DNA of 64,000 nt from Mobula hypostoma (taxonomy: Eukaryota), in NCBI RefSeq assembly GCF_963921235.1, contig NW_026948115.1, forward strand, positions 248,001 to 312,000. The letters run 5' to 3'. Below are positions 36,275 to 47,835 of the stretch, piece by piece. Position 1 is the stretch's first letter. Each line of letters opens with the position of its first letter. Made by a program: the position numbers and the translations under genes. The notes below the pieces were generated by a model. The model made no database searches. It saw only the letters and a list, made by a program, of their open reading frames with translations, and had not been told where the DNA came from.

Positions 36275-39030
36275 TGTTGTGTATTTAATATTTCAATAAT
36301 ATTTGAGTGATCTTGTATATATATTGTTTGAATAAGCATTCTTGATTTTTAAATAATTACGGGTTATATGTAAAAATACTTTAATTGCATGTGTCATCAC
36401 ACTACCATGTGATACGTTTGCGCCTTGCTAAAAGTAAACTTAAAATTAGATACACATTTTGGATTCCTGTCCCTTCCTTTGAACTAGTTTAATGTTTTGA
36501 AGTTGCAAGACGTAATTTTGGTGACAAGATATGTTTAAAATGAACCTGAGATGGCTACTGACCCACTCAAGTACAAAAGGACATTCACACCAAAAAAAAA
36601 CCCTGCACAGCGAGCAATGGTTAAGTTCAAATGTGTTCTTCAGAAGGAAAGACATAATTGAGTTGATTACACAATGGATAATTGGTTCATGTATACTGAG
36701 CTATTGGAACTGTATTTTGAAGCAAATGAAATAGACAATGAGAAGTGAGTGCCAATTTTGCTAAGTGCATTGGGTTTAAAGCCATACAGTTTGCTTCAAG
36801 GTTTGACTACTCCAACCAAACTTGTAGAAGTTAGCTTTGTTGATATTGTGAAAGTAACCGAAGCCATTGTTGATTGCAGAATGCTTTAGCTTTCATAAGT
36901 GGAATCAAAAGGAAGGGGAATCCATTTCAGCCTACATGGCTGAATTGAAGAGATTGCCTGAGCATTGTCAGTTCGGTAATGGGCTTAATGATACAGTAAG
37001 AGATTGCTTAGTTTGTGGAATCTTACAAGAAATCATTTAAAACAGCTCAACTGAAGCACAGCTTATATTTAAAAGAGCAGTGGAAATCACTGTTTCAATG
37101 GAACCCACAGACAGAGACACATTTGAGTTGCAGTCAGGAATGAAAGTGATTGTGAATAAAATTGCAGCGTCTCAACAGAAAACAGCCTGGCCAAACAAAC
37201 TGTGTTACCGTTTGGTTCCCATTCACCAAAAAAATGCAGGTCCAAATGTGAAACTTGCAGGCCGCATACAAAGAACATGTCAGCAGACAAAAATAACTGG
37301 ACTGCTCCGGGAAGAGAAAAAACTGAAAAGACAAGTTGCAGTTTCTAAAAGAGCACTAATCTACACGGTGTTGATGAAAAATCTGATAACGATGTGAGTG
37401 CCACAGGACAGTACCCTTGAGATCTACAATGTGAAATTTAATGACAGACAAGCAATATGGCTGATGCAAGAAGTAAATGGCAGATTAATTAAAATGGAAT
37501 TGGACACTAGCTCAGCTGTTTCAGTTATTCCACAAAATGAGTTTAAATGGCATTTCAAAGATACTAAACTAAAGCCTGAAGATACCCAAGTGAGAATTTT
37601 TACTGGAGAAAAGATAACTCCTGTGGAAATGGCATTCGTAACAGTGAAATACAGCAACCAACAAGCCACATTGAGCTTGTATGTGGTAAAAACAGGAGGA
37701 CCAGCAATGTGGGGGCATGATTGGTTGACACAACTGCAACTTGATTGGAGATTCGTCAACAATTTGCATGACACATTCCCTGCAATGAAGCCGTACGAAA
37801 ACAAATTAAGAAAGGTATTGTATGATGCCACAACTGTCTCTATGCTGAACACCATGAACCGTTGTCCAACAGAGGACAAACAGGTGTTGCTGCAAACCTT
37901 TGTGCTTCTCTTTGCAAAGCATATTGGACCGAGGAAGGACCATACTGCTCAGAGAAAGCTTGAAAATGATGAAAGCATTGGTCCAACCATAACAGTTTTT
38001 GTAGAAAACGTATCTTAGAAAACTTCTGATATGTTAATCAGGTAGTTACTTGCAAAATGTGGCTTGGTTTTAAGCTGGAAGAGAGTTCAAGGAGCTTCAG
38101 TAAAGTTGCAAGTATTCAGCTTTTGTGAGTATAAAGAACCAGAATCTACTCTGTGTGCATTAAGGTTATTCCATGAACTTCAATGGGGGAGACAAAAGCT
38201 GCTTGTAAAAGTAGATGCAAAGACCAAAGCCCAGCTGGATGAATGGAAGGCCAAAAGAAAAGGGGTCAATAGAGATACGAAACAGAGAATTCGTCAGATG
38301 ATATTGTGGATGAGGAAGTGAAGAGGAGAGATCAGATTGTAAAGGCAGCAATAAAAGGGTTAATAAGAGAATACTCCAGTGAACTATATGCACCTTCCCA
38401 AGCTGAAGATGCTCAAACTAGAAGAGCAAAAAGGAGGGAAGAGATGGAAAGAAAGAATATGAAGGAGAAAGAGAAAGGTGTGGAAGAGAGAAGGAACGTG
38501 AGAAAGAAAAAGAAAGGGATCAAAGAAGATCCAGAGAGAGAGAAAAAAAGAAGAAAGGTGACCAAAGCTGTCAGAACCGCTTCCTGGAGCCTCAGAGTGA
38601 ACTCCTACAACCACCATGGAGGAGGCCCTGGAACCTGTGATTGTTTTCACAGCCTCAAGTCTCACTGGCCAGGCTTGTCAGGAAAGATGCTAACCCACAA
38701 GAGGAAGGAATCCTTCCAAGCAATTAAATCTTTAGGCCGGAATGGAACAATTTAAAATTTATTTACTATGTTGTGGATGTCTGTTTAGAAGTTGTATTTT
38801 ATACTATACTGTGTATATAGTTGAGATGTGTTCTATGTTGAGTTAAAGTGTATATCGAAGCAGGAAGGAGTTCTGTGTATTTAATATTACAACAACATTT
38901 GAGTGATCTTGCATATATATTGTTTGATTAAACATTCTTCCTTAGTTAAATAATTCATTGTGAGTTATATGTAAAAATACATGAATTGCATACATCATCA
39001 CACTACCACGTGATATATACTCGCCTCAAG
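36275..39030 (+). mobile_element. Gypsy LTR retrotransposon: 5' LTR, PBS, gag, protease, captured host fragment in place of RT/RH/IN, 3' tail, PPT, truncated 3' LTR
   Basis: LTR 36275-~36515 is repeated from 38871; TGGTGAC follows the 5' LTR; gag remnants; protease IKMELDTSSAVSVIP; purine tract AAGCAGGAAGGAG precedes the 3' LTR. Confidence 0.9.
37832..38588 (+). pseudogene. RBM25: Processed RBM25 fragment (RRM and start of the RE-rich region) inside the Gypsy element
   Basis: KHIGPRKDH..ENDESIGPTITVFVENVS*KTSDMLIR*LLAKCGLVLSWKRVQGASVKLQVFSFCEYKEPESTLCALRLFHELQ..KLLVKVDAKTKAQLDEWKAK..DEEVKRRDQIVKAAIKGLIREYSSELYAPSQ matches vertebrate RBM25 as recalled. No introns; stops and a frameshift are present. 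Confidence 0.92.
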
Positions 39031-40897
39031 ATAGAAACATAGAAAATAGGTGCAGGAGTAGGCCATTCGGCCCTTCAAGCCTGCACTGACATTCAGTATG
39101 ATCATGGCTGATCATCCAACTCAGAGCCCTGTACCAGCCTTCCCTCCATACCCCCTGATCCCTTTATCCACAAGGGCCATATCTAACTCCCTCTTAAATA
39201 TAGCCAATGAACTGGCCTCAACTGTTTCCTGTGGCAGAGAATTCCACAGATTCACCACTCTCTGTGTGAAGAAGTTTTTCCTCATCTCCGTCCTAAAAGG
39301 TTTCCCCTTTATCCTTAAACTGTGACCCCTCGTTCCGGACTTCCCCAACATCGGGAACAATCTTCCTGCATCTAGCCTGTCCAATCCCTTTAGAATTTTG
39401 TATGTTTCAACAAGATCCCCCCTCAATCTTCTAAATTCCAGCAAGTATAAGCCTAGTCGATCCAGTCTTTCATCATATGAAAGTCCTGCCATCCCAGGAA
39501 TCAATCTGGTGAACCTTCTTTGTACTCCCTCTATGGCAAGGATGTCTTTCCTTAGATTAGGGGACCAAAACTGCACACAATACTCCAGGTGTGGTCTCAC
39601 CAAGGCCTTGTACAACTGCAGTAGTACCTCCCTGCTTCTGTACTCGAATCCTCTCGCTATAAATGCCAGCATACCATTCACCTTTTTCACCGCCTGCTGT
39701 ACCTGCATGCCCACTTTCAATGACTGATGTATAATGACACCCAGGTCTCGTTGCACCTCCCCTTTTCCTAATCGGCCACCATTCAGATAATAATTTGTTT
39801 TCCTATTTTTGCCACCAAAGTGGATAACTTCACATTTATCCACATTAAATTGCATCTGCCATGAATTTGCCCACTCACCTAACCTATCCAAGTCACCCTG
39901 CATCCTCTTAGCATCCTCCTCACAGCTAACACTGCCACCCAGCTTCGTGTCATCCGCAAACTTGGAGATGCTGCATTTAATTCCCTCATCCAAGTCATTA
40001 ATATATATTGTAAACAACTGGGGTCCCAGCAGTGAGCCTTGCAGTACCCCACTAGTCACCGCCTGCCATTCTGAAAAGGTCCCGTTTATTCTCACTCTTT
40101 GCTTCCTGTCTGCTAACCAATTCTCCACTCACACCAATACCTTACCCCCAATACCGTGTGCTTTAAGTTTGCACACTAATCTACTGTGTGAGACCTTGTC
40201 AAAAGCCTTTTGAAAATCCAAATATACCACATCCACTGGTTCTCCCCTATCCACTCTACTAATTACATCTTCAAAAAATTCTATGAGATTCGTCAGACAT
40301 GATTTTCCTTTCACAAATCCATGCTGACTTTGTCCGATGATTTCACCGCTTTCCAAATGTGTTGTTCTCACATCTTTGATAACCGACTCTAGCATTTTCC
40401 CCACCACCGATGTCAGGCTAACTCCCCGGTTTCTGTCTCACTCCTTTTTTAAAAAGCGGGGTTACATTAGCCACCCTCCAATCCTCAGGAACTAATCCAG
40501 AATCTAAAGAGTTTTAAAAAATTATCACTAATGCATCCACTATTTCTTGGGCTACTTCCTTAAGCACTCTGGGATGCAGACCATCTGGCCCTGGGGATTT
40601 ATCTGCCTTTAATCCCTTCAATTTACCTAACACCACTTCCCTACTAACATGTATTTCCCTCAGTTCCTCCATCTCACTAGACCCTCAGTCTCCTACTATT
40701 TCCGGAAGATTATTTATGTCCTCCTTAGTGAAGACAGAACCAAAGTAGTTATTCAATTGGTCTGCCATATCCTTGTTCCCCATAATCAATTCACCTGTTT
40801 CTGACTGTAAGGGACCTACATTTGTTTTAACCAATCTTTTTCTTTTCAGATATCTGTAAAAGCTTTTACAGTCAATTTTTATGTTCCCTGCCAGTTT
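39031..40897 (-). mobile_element. 5'-truncated young CR1 (copy B) interrupting the Gypsy 3' LTR
   Basis: ORFs 39121-40128 and 40129-40407 are separated by TGA; CR1 tail at 39031. Confidence 0.95.
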
Positions 40898-42059
40898 TGG
40901 TGGTGGGGTAATACTTGTTGCTGAACCTGGTGGTGTGGGACCTGAGGCTTCTGTACCTCCTGCCTGATGGTAGGAATGAGAGGAGGGTCTTAACCACTCC
41001 CCATTTTAACAGAGCATTCCCAAGTTCAGCCTATGCTGGATGGGTGTACTGAGTATGGGACGGTCAGTCAAAGTCGTATAGCTGAGTGGACATTTCTATT
41101 GCAGGTCACATTATCATGGATAAAGGGGTAAAGACTACAACTGTGCTCACTGACAACCTAACCCATCAAAGAGAACCCCACAGGTGTCAGGTGACCGTAG
41201 CACAGGAATGGAAGGGACCAATCATTCCCATCTTAAATTCAGGAAAGGGGAATAGAGTCAAGCAACCAGAAAGCTCCTTTGTAAGGATCATCATCAGTTC
41301 AGAATGGAAAGAGGCTTACAGGACGTGGTATGTATGTAGAGGGCAAGGAAGGAGCAGAGCTGGAGGGGGTCACAGTCAAGTCGCCTAAGACAACGAGTGG
41401 ACAGGAGGCAGAGCTTCCTTCAGCAGCTCCTGTTGTTAGCATGCCAACAAGTGTCCTTTGGAAGCGATAGCATGTACTGTAGGTTTGTAATAGCCTGAAT
41501 GAATAGCTACCATTATGGAAAGCCAGAGGGTTTGTTTCAGTAGATTATAAACTTTTACCATCAGCACCCTTTTTGAAGTATATATTTGAGAATAGAGAAA
41601 AAACATGGAATGAAGAAATTATGAATTGAGATAATGAGGAAATGGGAAGGAATAATGCTTTAGGCAAGCCATCTTGTGACATCCATAAGACTGAATGAGT
41701 ACTTTTCTAGCCAAACATATTTTCCACTGTTCTCTGCTGTCAAGTTCTCAAAACAAGGACTGATTCTCAAAACATTCTCACATCCATGGTACGTGGAGCT
41801 TAGAAAAATAGAGGGCTCTGGGTAACCCTAGGTAATTTCTAAAGTAGGTTCATGTTTGGCACAGCATTGTGGGCCGAAGGGCCTGTCTTGTGCTGTAGGT
41901 TTTCTATGTTTCTATCCCAGACTAACACCATTTTGTCTTACAAACTTCCATTTTGTGTTACATATTTTAGCATATACCAAGGAGGAATCAAATTTAATCC
42001 TTTCCTTACAGATGGAAGTTTAGATGCTTGTTTGCTAAGTGCCATTCCAAGTCTCTTTT

Positions 42060-43380
42060 TAGAATCAGAATCAGATTTAATATCTTTGGTATATATCATG
42101 AAATTTGTTGTGTTTTGTAGCAGCGGTACATTGCAATACATAGTAAATATAACTATAAAGTCTGTATCATTACAATAAATATACATATATAAATTTTGAA
42201 ACAAGTAAGTACAGTAATACAAAAAGAGAGTAAATAAAGAACAATAATAGTGAGGTAGTGTACATGGGTTCATGTCTGTTTAGAAATCTGATGACGGATG
42301 GGAAGCAGCTGTATATTTTCAGGCTCCTGCACCTCCTCCTTGATGGTAGCAATGAGAAGAGGGCAGGTCCTGGGAGACAGGGGTCCTTAATGTTGGGTAT
42401 TGACATTTTGAGGCATCGCCTTTTGAAAATGTCATGGATACTGGGGAAACTCGTGCCCATGATGGAGCTGACTGAGTTTGCAACTTTCTGCAGCTTTTTC
42501 TGATCCTGTGCAGTGGCCCCTCACACCAGATGGTGATGCAACCAGTTAGAATGCTCTTTACAGTACACCTGTAGTAATTTCTGGGAGTCTTTGGTGACAT
42601 GTTAATTCTCCTCAAACTCCTAATGCAATACAGCCACTGTCGTGCCTTCTTTGTAATTGCATCAATATGTTGGGCACAGGGTAGATTTCAGAGATGTTGA
42701 CGCACGGAAACTTGCTCACCTCTTCCATTGCTGGTCCTTTGATGACGACTGGTGTGCAATCTCCTGACCTCCCCTCCCTGAAGTCCACAATCAATTCTTT
42801 GGTCTTACTGATGTTGAGTGCAAGGTTGTTGTTATGACACCACTCAAGCGGGTAACCTATCTCGCTCCTGTATGCCTCTTCGTCGACAATTCTGCCTACA
42901 ATAGTTGTGTTATGTCATTGACAATTTTATAGATGGCATTTGAGCTGTGCCTAGCCACACAGTTGTGGGTGTAGAGAGAGAAGAGCGGTGGGCTAAGTAT
43001 GCATCATTGAGATGTGCCAGTGTTGATTGTCAGTGAGGAAAAGATGTTAACACCCAGGAACTGGAAACTGCCCCCCTTTTCCACTGCCGACTGTGGTCTC
43101 CTAAATGAGGAAGTCAAGGATCCTGTTGTAGAGGGAGGTACAGAGGTCCAGGTTTTGGGGCTTTTTGATCAGAACTGAGGGTATGATGTGTTGAATGCTG
43201 AGCAGTAATCAATAAACAGCATTGTCCAGGTGATTCAAGGCCGTGCGGAGAGCCAGTGAGATTCTGTCCGCTGTAGTCCAATTGTGACCATAGGCAAATT
43301 GCAGTGGGTCTGGGTGTTCAGGCAGGAGTTGATTCTGGCCGTGAGCAACCTCTCAGCACTTCATCACAGTCGATGACTGT
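42060..43380 (-). mobile_element. Rex1/Babar fragment
   Basis: MIVDFR, VKSILTGCIT.W and LPS.RR.RSL remnants plus a 3' tail. Confidence 0.75.
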
Positions 43381-43959
43381 GACACTGGACAGTATGTTTT
43401 GCAACCTCAACTATGTGAAGTGTTTGCGAACTAGCTTTGCTCAGAGATAGCTGGAATGAAGCAATTAAAAGTGTACATAATGAGGCTGCTGCTGATAATC
43501 TGCTAAACTACAGATAATTTCCAAACAACTTCATAAGGACTAATGAAAGGTCTCTGTCCGAAATGTTGACTGTTTACTCCTTTCATAGAGGCTGCCTGAC
43601 CTGCTGAGTTCCTCCAGCACATGTTGCTTTGGATTTCCATTATCTGCAGACTTCCTCATGTTTGTGGAGGCCAGGTGACTGGGTATATTTAAAGTGGAAG
43701 TTGATAGGTTTTTGATTAGTCAGGGTGTCAAAGGTTATGGGGAGAAGACAAGAGAATGGGGTTGAGAGGGATAATATATCAGTCTTGGTGGAATGGCATA
43801 GCAGACTCCATAGGCTGAATGGCCTAATTCTGCTCCTATCTTCTGGTCTTAATGAACAATTTTAAATCTTGAACATCTTCATTCTTTACCAGCGATCTCC
43901 CCATTTCACTTTAAATCCTGATGTAGCATTTCAACCTGAAACATTGACAATCTTCGCTA

Positions 43960-46900
43960 TCCTTTTAGAACTTTTCCCAGGGCTCGAGCTATCATGAGCA
44001 GTCGTTTATTTGGAAGTGGGTGGGTGAGTGAGTGCAAGATTTACAATGAGAGTTCAGAACCTTTCGGTGTGATTGCGATATTGCAGATTATTAGGCACTA
44101 GGAAAGGCCTATAAAAAGGAGTTAGGTTTCAAAAGAGCAGCCATTATGGGAGTGGAGAGTGATAGAGTGGAGAGCTTGAGACTTTGGCTCAAGATGCTTC
44201 AGTGAGGAGAGGTGAAGGCTAAAGTATGTTTCTGATAAGTTTCTTTCTTTTGTATCTATCAGGCCTAGCTAGACTAGTGAGAATAGATCGAGGCTAGGTG
44301 GTGTTCGAAGTTCAAAGTAAATTTATTATCAAAGTACATATATGTCACCATATACAACCCTGAGATTCACTTTCTAGTGAGCATACTCATTAAAGTGTAT
44401 TCTTCATGTCAAACATGGGAGTTCCAGAACTCCCACTTGTTATAAAGTGTGTTAGGGAACTGGAGCTGCACCGGGAGGACTTTCAGCTCCTACAGGAGAA
44501 TGAGGAGGTGATAGATCGGAGCTACAGGGTGGTAGTTGCAGGTGACCATCAGGAAAGGGGGAGGGAATAGGCAGGTAGTGCAGAGTATCCCTGTGGCTGC
44601 TTCCCTCAGTAATAAGTTGGGGGGAGGTGAGCACCCTGCTAGTGAAAGCTGCAGTGACCCGTTCTCTGTCACTGAGTGCGGCTCTCTGACTCAGAGCGGA
44701 AGGAGGGGGAAGAGAAATGCGGTAGTGATAGGGAACTCAATAGTTAGAGAAGCAGACAGGAGATGCAATTTAATGTGGATAAATGTGAAGTTATCCACTT
44801 TGGTGGCAAAAATAGGAAAACAGATTATTATCTGAATGGTGGCCGATTAGGAAAAGGGGAGGTGCAACGAGACCTGGGTGTCATTATACACCAGTCATTG
44901 AAAGTGGGCATGCAGGTACAGCAGGCGGTGAAAAAGGCGAACGGTATGCTGGCATTTATAGCGAGAGGATTCGAGTACAGGAGCAGGGAGGTACTACTGC
45001 AGTTGTACAAGGCCTTGGTGAGACCACATCTGGAGTATTGTGTGCAGTTTTGGTCCCCTAATCTGAGGAAAGACATCTTTGCCATAGAGGGAGTACAAAG
45101 AAGGTTCACCAGATTGATTCCTGGGATGGCAGGTCTTTCATATGAAGAAAGACTGGATGAACTGGGCTTGTACTCGTTGGAATTTAGAAGATTGAGGGGG
45201 GATCTGATTGAAACGTATAAGATCCTAAAGGGATTGGACAGGCTAGATGCGGGAAGATTGTTCCCGATGTTGGGGAGGTCTAGAACGAGGGGTCACAGTT
45301 TGAGGATAGAGGGGAAGCCTTTTAGGACCGAGGTTAGGAAAAACTTCTTCACACAGAGAGTGGTGAATCTGTGGAATTCTCTGCCACAGCAAACTGTTGA
45401 GGCCAGTTCATTAGCTATGTTTAAAAGGAAGTTAGATATGGCCCTTGTGGCTACAGGGGTCAGGGGGTATGGAGGGAAGGCTGGGTTCTGAGTTGGATGA
45501 TCAGCCATGATCATAATAAATGGCGGTGCAGGCTCGAAGGGCCGAATGGCCTACTCCTGCACCTATTTTCTATGTTTCTATGAGATTATATGGATGTAAA
45601 AGAGATATCAGGTGGTATTTTGCCTCCCAGGTGCCAGGGTCAAGAATGTCTCAGATCATGTCCACACCATTCTAACGGTGAAGGGTGAGCAGCCAGAAGC
45701 TGTGTACATATTGGTATCTATGATACAGGTGGGAAAGTGAATGAGTTTCTGCAGAGAGCATATAGGGAGATGGGTTGGAAGCTGAAAAGCAGGGCCTCAA
45801 GGGTAGTAATCTCTGGCTGCTGCCTGTGCCACGCACCAGTGAGGGCAAGAATAGGGAGATTCGGCAGATGAAAGTGTGGCTGAGGGATTGGTGCAGGGGG
45901 CAGGTTTCAGATTTGTGGATCATTGGAATCTATTCTGGTGAAACTATGACCTGTACAACAAGGATGAGTTACACCTGAACTTGAGGGGACCAATATCCTT
46001 GCAGGCAGATTTGCTAGAGCTGTTGCAGAGGGTTTAAGCTAGTTTGGCAGGGGGATGGAAACCAGAGAGACAGGTTAGAAGATGGGGCAGTTTGCATGTA
46101 GGTAGATGCAGCATGTAGAGTCACGGTGAGAAAGGATAGGAGGCTGATAGTGCAAAATTGCCATCAGTGGGACGGGTTGAAGTGTGTCTTCTCTCCATCC
46201 TACTGACAAAGGTCCATTACCCTTGTTCTTGATGCACCTTTAATACAAGAGGTAACAAGAAAATGAGTGATGAACTTAGGGTATAGATCACTACATGAAT
46301 CAGTGAAGTTGTAGCCATTACGTAAACCTGGCTGTCACAAGAGCAGGAATGGCTACTGGATGTGCTAAGATTTAGACGTTTCAAAGGGGACAGAGAGGGA
46401 AGTGAATGAAGTGCGGGGAGTTACATTGCTAATCAGGGATAGTATCACAGGTGCAGAAAAGGAAAGATTCTGCGGTGAATCAATGTGGATGGAAGTCTGA
46501 AACTACAGGGAGCATTTTATTCCTGCTCCAATTGCAAAAGAGACATTGGGGAACAGTTCAGGAGGCAGGTTTTGGAAGGGTGCAAAATAACACAGTTGTT
46601 TCCATGGGTAACTCCAACTTCCCTAATATTGACTGGTACATCCTGAGAGCAAAAGGTTTATTTGGGGCTGAATTTGTTAGGTGCGTCCAGGAAAGATTCC
46701 TGATGCAATATGTAGACAAGTGACTAAAAAAATAGGCCATACTGGATCTGGTGCTAGGCAATAGACCAGGTCAGGTGTGTCTGATCTCTCGGTAGGTGAG
46801 CATTTCGGAAACAGTGATCACAGTTCCCTGACCTTTACTATAGCCTTGTACATCAATATGGACAGATGGTATGGGAAAATATTTAATTGAGAGAAGGGGA

Positions 46901-47640
46901 ATTATGATGGTATTAGCAGGAACCTGAACCATAAATTCTGAACAGATGTACTCAGGGAAATATGCAATGGAATTGTGGGATGTTGTTTAGGAAGCGTTTC
47001 CAGGGGGTTCCGGATTGGTTTGTCCCATTGAGGCAGGGAGAGGGTGGTGGGGTGAAGGGACCATAGTTGACAAGAGAAGTGGAACACAGAGGAAGAAAAA
47101 ACTTCACTTAATGTTTCGGAAGCAAGGCCCAGGCAGAGTGCCAGAGAATTATAAGGTAGCCAGAAAGACCTTAAGAATAGACTTAGGAGAACTAGAAGGG
47201 GTATGAGAGAAGCAGGATGGTGAGTAGGATTAAGGAAAACTGCAAGGCATTCCACATGTATGTCAAGAACAGGAAGATGACTAGTGTGAGGGTAGGACTG
47301 ATCAGGGAGAGAAGAGGAAACGTGCCTGGACTCGGAGGAGGCCCTTAATGAATACTTTGCTTCAGTATTCACCGTGACAATTGTGAGTACAGAGTAAAGC
47401 AGGCTGATATGCTAGAACATGTCGATGTTAAGTAACAGGATATCGGGGAACCTTTGAAAAACATTAGGAATAATAAATTCCCAGGGCCAGATGGGATATA
47501 CTGCAGGTTACTGCAAAAGTGAGGGCAGAGATTTGCTGTGCCTTTGGAGAAGATCTTTATATCCTCAACAGCCACAGGAATAGTACTAGATGACTGGAGG
47601 GTGCCATATGTCATTCCTTTGTTCAAGAAAAGGAGTAGGG
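43960..47640 (+). mobile_element. Old degenerate CR1 (ORF1 esterase plus ORF2 remnants)
   Basis: AVVIGNSIVR, VVSMGNSNFPNIDW and KFPGPDG remnants; split by copy D. Confidence 0.75.
44761..45581 (+). mobile_element. 5'-truncated young CR1 (copy D) nested in the old CR1
   Basis: Intact 242-aa RT C-terminal ORF; GAGAT duplicated at 44760-44764 and 45582-45586. Confidence 0.93.
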
Positions 47641-47835
47641 ATAATGTTGTGTATTTAATATTTCTGTTGTATTTGAGTAATATTGTAAATATATTGTTTG
47701 AGTAAGTATTCCTGTTTTTTAAATAATTCATTACAGGTTTTATATATATATAAATACACAAATTGCATACATCATCACACTACCATGTAATACCTGTGGG
47801 TGTGCCTCGAAGTAAACTCAAAGTTAGACCTGTAT

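Noticed and set aside
40990-41500. Non-repetitive-looking stretch, possibly an old LINE endonuclease remnant
   Set aside because: No motif could be assigned with confidence; left unannotated.
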